Of a stretch of 64,000 nucleotides of DNA, positions 26,371 through 39,241 are shown piece by piece (within the stretch, counting starts at the first letter, position 1; the number at the start of each line of letters is the position of its first letter). The stretch is from Octopus vulgaris. Its lineage: Eukaryota. Position numbers and translations under genes: made by a program. The stretch spans positions 224,502,001 to 224,566,000 of the forward strand of contig OX597814.1 of NCBI GenBank assembly GCA_951406725.2, read 5' to 3'. The notes under the pieces are model-generated. The model was not told the origin of the DNA and did not search any database. It saw only the letters and a list, made by a program, of their open reading frames with translations.

Positions 26371-26765
26371 CATGCATACACATACACATACACGCATACA
26401 TACATACATACATACATACATACATACATGCATGCATACATACATACATACATGCATATATGCATACATACATACATACATGCATACATACATACATACA
26501 TACATGCATGCATACATACATACATACATACATGCATATATGCATACATACCAACCAACATGCCTAGATAATCAAATGCACACACACACACTCATAGTCA
26601 GATGAAGGCGAGCAAGCCCAAATTTTGAAATCGCTTTCAACCTTTTCCCTCCTAAATTCAAAGATACGTATTCTTCCAAGTACTGAGTAAACCTTCAGTT
26701 TAATGTGAAATTATTTTCATATATAACTTGACATTATTGTGTATGTATGTGTGATATATATATAA

Positions 26766-26851
<86 letters not shown>

Positions 26852-27207
26852 ATATTTGGTTTTCTTAATAATATCTGGAACACTCTGACATGAAGATGAC
26901 GCCGCCAAGTTTGTCTTTCATACAGCATCCTCTTGATCAAAAACATTCAAACCATGACTCCCACCTCTTATTTTTACTAATAAAGTATCTCTGACATCGT
27001 GATTTAATATGTCTTTTTAAGATGATAATATAATATATTCTTTTGGGATATATTTAACTGCTAGTTGTTAATATTCGATCAAACAAATACAGTTATTGAC
27101 TATTGCTGCTATGAAGTAAACTGCTACGGTGATGTTGCATTGAATCCAGCAACCAACAGTGAAACAGTGAATCATTATAGATTGCTAATGTAATACTTCA
27201 ATAATAA

Positions 27208-27505
27208 ATATAATGTCGCCCTTTTCAAACCTAGCCAGGCTCATGGGCCCGGTTTCCTGGTTTCTGTGGCGTATGCGCTTCCTCCAGCTGGACGGGACGC
27301 CAGTCCATCGCAGCGTTAGCCAAGAAACAGGAAGAAAGAGTGAGAGTAAGTTGGGGCGAAAGAGTACAACAGGGGTCGCCACCACCCCCTGCCGGAGTCT
27401 CATGGAGCTTTAGGTGTTTTCGCTCAATAAACACACACAACGTCCGGTTTGGGAATCGAAACCGCGAGTCAGCTGCCCTAACCACTGGGCCATTGCGCCT
27501 CCACA
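27208..27505 (-). mobile_element. SINE with family-2 head and a different 3' half
   Basis: 27325-27505 matches family 2; it then continues ctgcgatggactggcgtcccgtccag...cagaaacc instead of the family-2 tail. Confidence 0.85.
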
Positions 27506-27831
27506 ATGTAATACTTTATCCAACTATTAACCATTGTATCGAATATTTATTCCTAAAGCATAATGTTACTTTTAGTGGAAATATAACTGAGGAAAAGTGA
27601 ATTAAACCCTGATTAGATTTCATAAATAAATGCCAAGGCATAAAAATTGGACACTATGTAGAACTAATATAGAACCTGGTAACTGTAAAAATTGCAGAAA
27701 ATGATTCTCTGAACCAGCAGCAGTCACTTGACTATCGACATGAATTCCAAATTAGAAAGTATTGAATTTTATTTATTTACATTGAAAATGGCTTCCAGAA
27801 GTGTTCTCGGCAGTTACACACTGCAATTGTG

Positions 27832-28212
27832 GAAGCACTCCGTCGGTTACGACGACGAGGGTTCCGGTTGATCCGAATTAACGGAACAGCCTGCTCGTGA
27901 AATTAACGTGTAAGTGGCTGAGCACTCCACAGACACGTGTACTCTTAACGTAGTTCTCGGGGATATTCAGCGTGACACAGAGAGTGACAAGGCCGGCCCT
28001 TTGAAATACAGGTACAACAGAAACAGGAAGTAAGAGTGAGAGAAAGTTGTGGTGAAAGAGTACAGCAGGGTTCGTCACCATCCCCTGCCGGAGCCTCGTG
28101 GAGCTTTAGGTGTTTTCGCTCAATAAACACTCACAACGCCCGTCTGGGAATCGAAACCGCGATCCTATGACCGCGAGTCCGCTGCCCTATTCACTGGGCC
28201 ATTGCACCTCCA
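27832..28212 (-). mobile_element. Full-length tRNA-derived SINE family 2
   Basis: Colinear with 19672-20060. Confidence 0.92.
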
Positions 28213-29299
28213 CACACTGCAATTATCATCTTCTGTACCTACTTAGAGTAAAGCTGAGCGGGCCATTAAGAATTAAGTGTACTCGTTATAGGTTTTTTTT
28301 TCACGCTATACATATCATCTTCACTTGAAACACACGTGTCAAACAAAATATGATTATTGGTCCATCTTCTTAGATGGTAACCGTCTCCTTGTGCTTCCTT
28401 GTTGCCAATAATATTTCTGACTTTCCATCCATGACTTCTCCGATGACTACTCTGTCTCGTTGCAGATCTACATGGTTTGAAGCACTGATGACAAACGAAA
28501 GGTGTAACTTACTGTGCCCTTCCAGTTGTTTAGGTCTGCACACGTCGTCACTCTTCCATCGCCATAGGACTTTCAGTACACGGAATGGCAAATTATGTCA
28601 TTATAAAGATTATTGTAATAAACGCTTAGGCCAAAGCGAGATGACCAGTTATCACGTGAATCTGAAAGTTTTACATCAGTGTCCCGCTCCTGGAAGAATA
28701 TACATGCATACATAAATACACACACACACACCATGTTTATACATACATATACATATATATATATATACATACATGTACATACACACACACACATATATAT
28801 ATATAAAATACATACATATATACATACATATATTTGCATCCATCCATACACGCATGCATACACACACACATCCTTTTCTTTTTTGTCCAAGCTTACTGAT
28901 TCCTTATCTTTCGCTCCCTTTCCTTGCTGACCCTCTTTTCGTGATATATGTTTGGCTATTATCTTTTCTCGTTGATGTCTGCCCTCCAGTTTATCAAAAT
29001 AAATGCAATGTGTTTGAGTATAATTTCATCAGTAATAACAACAACAACAACGATAGTAATAACTCTTATTTTCACCACCCGAGACCATTCATTCCTACAA
29101 TAAACATGTTACAAAACCTATACAAAATCCTATGAGGAAGTACAAAACAGTTTTATGAAACGAAAGAGGCGGAGGAAGCGATGTTACACAATATATGGAA
29201 ATATATGAAATATTTTAATTACACAGTTAATAAAATTTACTATATGATTACGTATGACATAAACAGAAATTGAAAAAGCTATAAACTTAGATAAACTTA

Positions 29300-30086
29300 G
29301 ACACCCTCCCCCCACCATCTATCTCCTGCATTTTGTCTTGGATCAGAATGTTACTTTCATCTTGGATTCTTCGAATCCTGTTTAAGTCAAGTTTTGTTCA
29401 AGTAGTGAGTTCTTGTTGGGTGAGTTGTATCTCTTGTTTTGTTCAAGTAGTGAGTTCTTGTTGAGTGAGTTGTATCCAATTATGGGTGGCTTATCTGGTA
29501 TTCTTTGAAGGAATCTATCCAGACTCCGTTTAAAGTTGATGGGATCCTTTTCCTCTTTGATCTCCCTCGGGACAATGTTAAATAGGGCAGGGCCTGTTGA
29601 GGAAAAGAGTATTATGTTGCAGTGTACATGTATGCTGTGATCTTGAATTGGGCAGGGGACGTATGGCCCGTGGTCCCAGTCTTGGATGAACCTTAAAGCT
29701 AATGTTAAGGTCGTTTGGGCAAAGTTGGCGGTATATTCTCCACATCGTACAAATGATGTACCGCTCACGGCGACGCTGGAGGGAGTAACGTTTCAAGGCT
29801 TTAAGGCGATCCCAATAATCGAGAGCAGCCATGCCTTCAATTCGTTTAGTGAGTGCCCTCTGAGGTGACTCAATCCTGGAGATGTTTTGTCTTGTATGGG
29901 GAGACCACAGTGGGCAGCAGTATTCGAGGTGTGGCCGTACAAAGGAGGAGAAAAGTGGTATGATGACACCTTGTTCTCTGGACCGGAAAGTTCTTAAGAT
30001 CCAGGAACTCATCCTACGAGCTATATCGACCTTCTTGTTGATGTGTGCACTCCAACTGAGATCGTCATCAACAATTACACCCAATT
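29300..30086 (-). mobile_element. CR1-clade LINE 3' fragment (ORF2 C-terminus + 3' UTR)
   Basis: LGVIVDDDLSWSAHI...FVRPHLEYCCPLWSP...YWDRLKALKRYSLQRRRER...GPALFN..P..IK...FKRSLDRFLQRIPDKP. Confidence 0.93.
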
Positions 30087-30097
30087 GTAAAGAAAAT

Positions 30098-30300
30098 TAC
30101 ACCCTCTCCCCACCATTCTGATCGTCAATGTATCTCCTGCATTTTGTGTCTTGGATCAGAATGTTACTTTCATCTGGGATTCTTCCGAGGCTTATATCGA
30201 ACTCTCTGTGTTCTGCTTCACTTGTATTTTGTTCTGCTCTTTCCAGGATCTTTTCTTCTTAACATAGGTGTGGCTCCCACTGTCCACGTCAGTCTTCAAC
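30098..30300 (-). mobile_element. Second copy of the CR1 3' UTR abutting the 5' break of the previous element
   Basis: 30100-30190 matches 29303-29373 (tatctcctgcattttg..tcttggatcagaatgttactttcatct.ggattcttc). Confidence 0.8.
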
Positions 30301-30619
30301 TCACAAATCTTTTTTCAGCACTTTCAATAACTGTACAGAATAGGTGAGAGCTACTTGTTATTACAAAGGGTAGGCTCTTTGGCTTTTGAAACTGAAGCAA
30401 GTCGATAGATGGTACTCTAAAAATAACAGCAACCATGTAGTCTTCTCTTCTTATTTCTTTACTGCTCCCAAGAGGCATGCACACAGTAGGTTGCAAAGAA
30501 AGATGATGATAAATCAGCACTCGACGTTAGCCGCATTTTCACTGTTCCTGATATCCATATAATATATCATTAGCCTATGCACCAACTAACTCTACCTGTC
30601 TCCTCACTTATCATCAACT

Positions 30620-30819
30620 AGGGGACAAACAAGGACAGACATAGGTATTAAGTCGATTATATTGATCCCAGTGCGTAACTGGTACTCAATTTATCCACCA
30701 CGAAAGGATGAAAGGCAAAGTCGACCTCGGCGGAATTTGAACTCAGAAGGTAGCGGCAGACGAAATACCGCTAAGCATTTCGCCCGGCGTTCTAACGTTT
30801 CTGCCAGCTCGCCGCCTTA
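30620..30819 (-). mobile_element. SINE family 1 single copy
   Basis: Head and core match; partial tail A. Confidence 0.9.
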
Positions 30820-31520
30820 GTCTTCCCTTCATGTGCTTGCTGTACTTGGTGCCATCACAGCATCACCTGCTGTCTGTAACTTTCCTTCTCACCTTTCCTG
30901 GATAAATTTATCCGGTAAAGAAGCACTACTTTTTGTAACGCACCTCGCCTACTCTTTCTACATCTTCCGGAGGTGGCTCATTCAAACCAAATATTTGCAA
31001 AGGATGCTTATGTTGTTGTTCTTGGTGTTATCACTGCTGTATGTAACCATTTTTTTTTTTTCATTGAAATTAATATTTTTGACGCTAATCTTTTTTCTAT
31101 CTTCTGTTATGCATCTGCAAATGCTTGGGTTCGAAGCACTATTTATAAGACCAGGCACCTTCTTTTAAATGACTTACTTCGGTCGATGTAGTTCATATCC
31201 TGTACACTAATGCTGCTTCAATTTTGGAGCATTTTTTTGCTAATTCTGAGGATGTCTTCTGGCAACGTGCGTAAATAGAGTAAATAGTTATTTGCAAAAT
31301 ATGTGTAAACAATTTAAGATGCCTAAAGACGACTGTTTCCTTACTCCAAGCAATGGTAGAGATATTCAACTGTTCCAACCTCTTTGAATGTAAACAGAAC
31401 AAAAGCAACTTTTTTCTCTGTGGAAAAAATTATCTGCAGTGACAAACTCAGTGACAAATGACAACTATAATAACAATAACAACAACAATAACAACAACAA
31501 TCATAATAATAATAATAATG

Positions 31521-31572
<52 letters not shown>

Positions 31573-31576
31573 AACA

Positions 31577-31735
31577 CTTTTCTACTCTAGGCACAAGGCC
31601 CGAAATTTTGGGGGAGGGGAGCCAGTCGATTAGATCGACCCCAGTACGCAACAAGTACTTAATTTATCGACCCCGAAAGGATGAAAGGCAAAGTCGACCT
31701 CGGCGGAATTTGAACTCAGAACGTAAAGACAGACG
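31577..31735 (-). mobile_element. SINE family 1, 5'-truncated tail-B copy inside an (AAT)n tract
   Basis: Core plus tail gccttgtgcctagagtagaaaag; AAT repeats on both sides. Confidence 0.9.
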
Positions 31736-31746
31736 ATAATAATAAC

Positions 31747-31833
<87 letters not shown>

Positions 31834-31995
31834 AACAATGTCCCCTACTTTCTGAAGCGTTAACATGGGTGTGATTTTTATTCGAAGCGAAGAAAAATAT
31901 ATTGTCATAATATATATTTCATCATCATCTGCATCATCATCATCGTCATCATTGCCATCATCATCATCATCATCATTATCGTCGTCATCAATGTT

Positions 31996-32272
31996 CTCTT
32001 CTTCTTCTTCGTCTTCTTCTTCTTCTTCTTCTTCTTCTTCTTCTTCTTCTTCTTCTTCTTCTTCGTCTTCTTCTTCTTCTTCTTCTTCTTCTTCTTCGTC
32101 TTCTTCTTCTTCTTCTTCTTCTTCTTCTTCGTCTTCTTCTTCTTCTTCTTCTTCTTCTTCTTCTTCTTCTTCTTCTTCTTCTTCTTCTTCTTCTTCTTCT
32201 TCTTCTTCTTCTTCTTCTTCTTCTTCGTCTTCTTCTTCTTCTTCTTCTTCTTCTTCTTCTTCTTCTTCTTCT
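31996..32272. repeat. (TCT)n tract with sparse TCG interruptions
   Basis: Direct reading; explains the poly-S and poly-R ORFs. Confidence 0.97.
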
Positions 32273-32495
32273 TTCTTCCCTCCTTCTTTCTCTCATTCCA
32301 TCACTATTTCCAACACGCTACTTAAACAACATGTTGTATAGATATTTCTCATGGGACTACTGGCTTGAGATTGTGTATATATGATATTTTCCCCAGATAA
32401 ATGCTCCAAGAATGACTCATGTTCAGTTCTGTTCTTCTTAACACTATTTGTCTTTTCTTATTCTTCACTTCCCCATCTCTCTGTCTCTCTGTCTC

Positions 32496-32538
<43 letters not shown>

Positions 32539-32614
32539 GTCTCTCTCTCACTCTGCGCATACGTAGACCTAAATATATCATAAATCTATGTTACATCATT
32601 GGGAGAGTGTCGAT

Positions 32615-32647
<33 letters not shown>

Positions 32648-32803
32648 CACACTAACACACACATATATATGTATAAAGGGATATGGACGTACCAATAGAC
32701 ATACATATATAAACTCATATATGTGTATGTATGTATGAACCTATATCTTCGCTTTCTTATGCATTTCCCCAAACCAAAATAGGCCACTACATATAAACCG
32801 CCC

Positions 32804-32916
<113 letters not shown>

Positions 32917-35009
32917 TTATGTATGTATGTATGTGTGTGTATGTGTATGTGTGTATATGTAAATGTACATATAATATCTATGTATATGTATGTGCGTGTG
33001 TGTGTTCATTGATGCATACATACAAACACACACACACACACACACACACCTATATATATACATTCAAACATGTATTTTATAAAAAGTTTGTAGATAAAAT
33101 AAGTAGGATGCGGATATTTTTCAAGTTTGCCTTTCCCATTATAATGCAAATTTTACAAGCTAGTTTAACAAGCTGTAAGAGAAATATAATATGGTTCGAT
33201 CCTCCATGTTGAAAGTTTTTAAAGTATTTGTATATACATTTCTCTCATTATTAGATTAATATTTCAAGGCGGCGAGCACACCGGGCGAAATGCTTAGCGG
33301 AATTTCGTCTGCCTTTACATTCTGAGTTCAAATTCCGCCGAGGTTGACTTTGCCTTTCATCCTTTCGGGGTGGATAAATTGAGTACCAGTTGCGTACGGT
33401 GGTCGATCTAATCAACTGCTCCCTCCCCCAAAATTATATAGAACAAAAACAGCAGTTGTTGCTTCAAAGACAGCACAATATTACTGATAAATTATCACTA
33501 TCCAACACTCACACAGAGAACTGGTCACGTCAACAAAGAGCTTGTAGTTTCAAAACTACCCAGAAATATCTACGAATTTATTCATACCTTTTTAAAGCGA
33601 GGGTACAAAGACTCTGTAACATTAAATGACTAGAGTTGGTGCATGTAAATGACCGGAGTTAGAGTATATGTTTAAGAGTAGATTTACCCAGCATGCTCCT
33701 TCTGATGCAAAGATGAAACAAGCATTCTGGAATCTGAAAGATAGTCGTTTTAGATATACCACTTTAGTCTAGAATATACTAGATACAGACAGCATTCAGT
33801 ACTATTGCTTTAAGCTAGCGATTCCGGAACCAAGGGAACGAGTTCCCCGACATTAAATGGAATGTGCTTAGTAGGGCCATCCTTTGCTTATTTAGAGCTC
33901 GCAATTACCAAGTCTATCTCAGTGAAAACCTATCTATCTCAGGAAAACCTATCTATAATATATAATTGCATCTGATGAACTTCAGACTTTTGTCGATAAT
34001 ACCCGAGAAAATTTAGCTCGACTCCAGTTGGTCCCATGTAAGTTCCAGAGTAGACTTCTGTTTGCTCGAAGGGTGATAATTTTTTCGCTCATTGAGAGCC
34101 AGCAACAAATACATCAAACAAAGTGTATGCACCCAGACACATGTTTACAACAGATGTTGCTGTGTCATCTGACGTCGCTTAGTTGTCAAATGTTGTAGGT
34201 AAGCAAGCAAAGGTGCTGTGCTGAGCTGTTCCTTCCGCACGTGTAACAAAACCAAGAATATCTGCTTTCGATTTACTGTCACTGTACTGCCAAGTACAAC
34301 ATGCGATTTAAATTGATTATTGGATTCGAGAACTATTGGCCCTAAACATCTGATATGATATTCACTCGTCACCGAAGTTGTTTGTATTGTCAGACGCCGA
34401 GATACTTTCACAATTATACTCTCATCACTTCATGTTTACTTGTGAAACAGTCTTCTTCCATTTTCCTTCTGTATATTTCATGTTATATTTTGTAATATAT
34501 TGTTTGTCTATAATGAACTGTCTTCTTTTGACACCACAACTTTTTATCAGAAATCTGCCACATTCAGACATCTTCTACTGTTTAATTCCCAGCAAAATGT
34601 TCTTATTTTTCGCATGTTTATTGCTAAACACTTTGCTGACGACATTCTTTTGCTCGGCCATACATTTGTTTTGGCATGCTACAAATTATTTTAAGATGCA
34701 AACTATTTTTTTTATTGTTTCGCAAGTCAAATTGCTCATTGGAGACGTTCTAGAAATCAACAGGTTATGACCTTGTAACCACTTAGGAATTCAATTCCAT
34801 GTGAAATGTAAAAGTACCACGAATAACAATATAAATGAACTACTTCTGTTAGAGATAGTTTTTATATAAGACACTGAAGAAGAAGAAAAACTACACATGC
34901 ATCGCAAAATACGTGAAACATAGCAGCGAGCAGACAATTACAGGAGTCAACCAAATATTTAGATGTGACTATAATAAGATTAAGATAATGATACTCCTTG
35001 TTTCTGATA

Positions 35010-35240
35010 GAAAGATTTCTTCTAAATCTTCTTTGGGGATGGCCAGATTGGAGCAATCTCGAGTATAACCAGCCGAAATTGCAAAGATAATCTGGAACTC
35101 GACTGAGGATAGAAAACTCCGAATGATCCGTCCTTGTTTTCTTTGCATTGTCTGCCTGGATGTTTTGTTGTCCCTTTTTTGTATCACCTAGCTGTCTGGA
35201 TATTTTGCGTTTTTGTCCCATTTTTGTATCTTTTATATAT
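35010..35240 (+). mobile_element. Solo Penelope-associated terminal repeat
   Basis: Reverse complement of 4208-4390; next to (TA)n; includes ctgaggat...ccgaat, partly deleted in the 4290 copy. Confidence 0.8.
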
Positions 35241-35285
35241 AAAAAAATATAGCGGCCTACGTGCACTTTGGTCTGTTATATGTAA

Positions 35286-35365
<80 letters not shown>

Positions 35366-35909
35366 TTGTACGACTCTATTATTTTTTTCTATTCTTTCAT
35401 TCTTTCCTCTCCTTTCTATCGACCCTTTTCACGCTTACTTCGTTCATTCTACTCTTCCTTTCTCCTTCCTCTCTCACATCTCCTGGCTTTTTCTTCATGC
35501 TCACTTTCCCTCCTCTTTCACTTCACTGAGTCTCGTTCGTTTCTTCTCGCCCCTCCTTAATTCTTCTATCCCTCTGCCTCTTCTCTCCCCACGTGACATG
35601 TGTTCGGCCAAGCCTGACCTTTCTTTCTTGAATGCGTTCACCAGTAATATCAATACATCTGATATGACTTTGTCTTGTACGATAGCAGCGACAGTTAAAT
35701 CCTACTCTTCATTGGGTAACTATAAAAGTGATGTGTATCTTGTCCAAAGAACGCACTCCACCCACACTTCCACACAGATTCACTCACCTACGTGTGTGCA
35801 TGTAAGAAAATTCTTCTAATTACTTTTTCAAAGCGATGTGACAAAACTTAAAATTCCATTAAAAACAAATTCATTGGATTTTGCTACATTTGTTATCTAG
35901 AGACGTAAA

Positions 35910-36220
35910 ATGGAATTGCGCCTAGAAAGTTCCCTTCCGAGGAGCAAGTCTAAGCAACGATGCTTATGGAAGACCAGCAGTCGCCCATGCATACCAGCCT
36001 CCCCTCTCCACGCCACCAGTGTTATCCCGGGGAAAGACAAATGCTGATACAGTTTGGCACCAGTGATATCGCAACTCATTTCTAAAGCTGGATGAACTGG
36101 AGCAGCGTAAAATAAAATGTCTTACACAAGAATTCAACACAGAGCCAGGTGTGGGAATCGAACTCACTACCTCATAATTGAGGGCCCGGTGCCCCTACCC
36201 ACTGAGCCATTCGCCTGCCA
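35910..36220 (-). mobile_element. tRNA-derived SINE family 3
   Basis: Homologous to 44228-44560; head tggctcagtgg...gagttcgattcc. Confidence 0.85.
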
Positions 36221-36896
36221 GACACTTAAGCGTGTAAAAAGTGCAGATGTATCAATATGTCGTGAGATTACAATGATGCTCTATCTTGGGTCTGGTCCGA
36301 ATGCTGACAACATATTGATAATGTCACTAGAGGCACTCAAAGCACCTGGTTGTTGTATCAAAGTGTGAGGCATCATATAACTACTGCTTCTCTTTTAAAC
36401 GACGGGAACTGTGCCTTGTATACAGCAGAAACACATTATATGAGGACACTCAAAGCCAAACAATATGAACAAAAAATATGTATCTGTTTTTCTCCATTTT
36501 TTTCTGTCTTGTTTGCAGCTGTTTCCTTGTTTTCTCTGTTTCCGTCTCTGAGACTCAATCATAAGTTTTTCTTATATTTGTATCTAGTCTTCATTGTATC
36601 TATTGCCTAACAACCACACCCAGAAATTGTTGACGCCCCTCGAGGGCGTACTTCTTTTCGGGGCGTCGAAATCGCAATAATCTTTAGTAAGAGAGCTGAT
36701 GATGTTTTAATATCTGCCTATTTTCTCAGTTTGTAACGTGTCAGGTGTTCTTGGTCACTTTTTATGTCTGTATGTATGTATGTATGTATGTATGTATGTA
36801 TGTATGTATGTATGTATGTATGTATGTATGTATGTATGTATGTATGTATGTATGCATGCATGTATACATACATACATACATACATACATACATACA

Positions 36897-36932
<36 letters not shown>

Positions 36933-37349
36933 TAGGATTACATTGGTTCAGTGATAAAAGACTTGTCCTGCTAACGGGAGATGTGCGTTAGAGTCCCACG
37001 GGTAGCCTTCAATCTCTTCTACTCATACGGCTTTATCTGGACCCCATTGCTTGACTAGTATTTATTTTATCGACCTCGAAACGACGAAAGGAAAAGTTGA
37101 CCTCGTCGAAATTTGATCTCAGAATGTAAAGATGAACAAAATGGCATTAAGCATTTTGTCCCACGCGCTAATAATTCTGTCAACTCGCCACCTTTTGTCG
37201 GTGGAAAATACATCAACCGCAAGACTTGACTAGTTCTTATTTTATCAACATCTTGAAGGATAAAAGGCAAAGTGGTCCTTGGAGAAATTTGAACGTAAAG
37301 TCGGACGCTAACGATCCTGCCAACTCGCTACATTTTGTTGGTGGAAAAT

Positions 37350-38175
37350 AAACCTTTCTACTCTAGGCAGAAGGCCTGAAATTTGGGGGGAGAAGATAGT
37401 CGATTCTTTTCTACTCTAGGCACAAGGCTCGAAATTTTTGGGGAGGGGGTCAGTCGATTAGATCGAACCCGGTACGTAGCTGGTACTTAATTTATCGACT
37501 CCGAAAGGATGAAATTTGAACTCAGAAGGTAAAAACGGACAAATACCTATTTCTTTACTACCCACAAGGGACTAAACACAGAGAGGACAAACAAGGACAG
37601 ACAAACGGATTAAGTCGATTATATGGACGCCAGTACGTAACTGGTACTTATTTAATCGACCCCGAAAGGATGAAAGGCAAAGTTGACCTCGGCGGAATTT
37701 GAACTCAGAACGTAACGGCAAACGAAATATTATCAAGCATTTCGCCCAGCTTGCTAACGTTTCTGCCAGCTCGCCGCCTTGTAAAGGGATAGCCGATTAC
37801 ATCGACCCCAGTACTCAACTGGTACTTTATTTATCGACTCCGAAAGGATGAAGGGCAAAGCCGACCTAGGCGGAGTTTGAACTCAGAACGTAGCGACAGA
37901 CGAAATATTATCAAGCATTTCGCCCGGCGTTCTAACGATTCTTATTTCTTTATTGCCCACAAGGGGCTAAACATAGCGGGAACAAACAAGGACAGACAAA
38001 CGGATTAAGTCGATTACATCGATCCCAGTGCGTAACTGGTGCTTAATTTATCGACCCCGAAAGGATGAAGGGCAAAGCCTACCTCGGCGGAATTTGAACT
38101 CAGGACGTAGCGACAGATGTTATATTACTAAGCATTTCGCCCGGCGTTCTAACGATTCTGCCATCTCGCTGCCTT
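37350..38175 (-). mobile_element. Nested cluster of SINE family 1 copies
   Basis: At least four cores, heads near 37779 and 38172, both tail A and tail B present. Confidence 0.9.
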
Positions 38176-38552
38176 CTGTTGTGGAAACTAATGCCATCAC
38201 ATACGCACAGCAGATGATTTGTGAATACAAGTTCAAGGAGACAAAATTTCAATGTAGAATATAAAACTGAAAATACTCTGATGAGATATAGCAGATCTTT
38301 TACATCAATCAAGTTTACATGAATGTGTTTGTAAAGTCAACTGAATAATGTGTGGAATTGGTTCAAACATGCTATATTTGTGTTGGTAAAGTCAAAATAT
38401 TTATCGGCAGATAATTGATAGCAGCAGAGAATAAATGTAAATAACTTGCATATTTTAAAACTAGTACGAGTTATTCTGTCGGGAAAGGTTTTTTCTTGCT
38501 CATTTAAAAAAAAAAATTAAACTAAGCGATTCTATTGTGTTGAGACTGAAAC

Positions 38553-38588
<36 letters not shown>

Positions 38589-38693
38589 GACAGACAGACA
38601 GAGATAGACAGACAGACAGAGAATAAGTAATTAGGTCATAACTACCGATCAAAGAGATTCTACTGATGTCAAGCGAATCAGGCAAGAAATGTA

Positions 38694-38912
38694 CGAGGGG
38701 TGCTGAAATGTTCCTGGCTTTGGGCAAAAGAAAATACAGGAAGATCAGTTAATTATGATTTTATTCAACATATTCCCCTCTCAGATTCACACACTTATTG
38801 CAGCGGTCCTTTCATTTTTCCTAAGCCCTGTAAAAAAAAACTCAGATGATTGGTCCTCCAGCCAGGCCTTTCGCGATACTCTAAAAGCCAGGAACTTTTC
38901 AGCACCTCTTCG
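38694..38912. mobile_element. Mariner-derived MITE with TA duplication
   Basis: TIRs cgaggggtgctgaaatgttcctggcttt / aaagccaggaacttttcagcacctcttcg flanked by TA; minus strand retains the transposase C-terminus KDRCNKCVNLRGEYVE*. Confidence 0.9.
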
Positions 38913-39006
38913 TAAGACTGAACAAATTTTCATTTGCTAAACATTGTCAAAACTAGACCCTACATAATTCTGTTTCTGATCGAATAATATTTGGCTACAA
39001 CGATAC

Positions 39007-39241
39007 CTATTTCTTTACTACCCACAAGGGGCTAAACACAGAGAGAACAAAAAAGGACAGACAAACGGATTAAGTCGATTATATCGACACCAGTGCGTAA
39101 CTGGTACTTATTTAATCGACCCCGAAAGGATGAAAGGCAAAGTCGACCTCGGCGGAATTTGAACTCGGAACGTAACGGCAGACGAAATACTGCTAAGCAT
39201 TTCGCCCGGCGTGCTAACGTTTCTGCCAGCTCGCCGCCTTC
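39007..39241 (-). mobile_element. Full-length SINE family 1 monomer (tail A) with target-site duplication
   Basis: Flanks tggctacaacgatac (38992-39006) and tggctacaataatac (39242-39256), 13/15 identical. Confidence 0.92.

Noticed and set aside
28480-28520. CTGATGAcaaacGAAA hammerhead-like core
   Set aside because: No stem II and stem I does not pair in register; lies in what looks like decayed LINE sequence.
34100-34700. Possible very decayed hAT (Charlie/Buster-like) transposase on the minus strand
   Set aside because: Only faint resemblances (SKVFSN, SDNT) across frameshifts; needs a profile search to support.
36280-36395. Short minus-strand open frame RSSSYMMPHTLIQQPGALSASSDIINMLSAFGPDPR*
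   Set aside because: Weak acceptor, 36 codons, no recognisable homology; compatible with chance.
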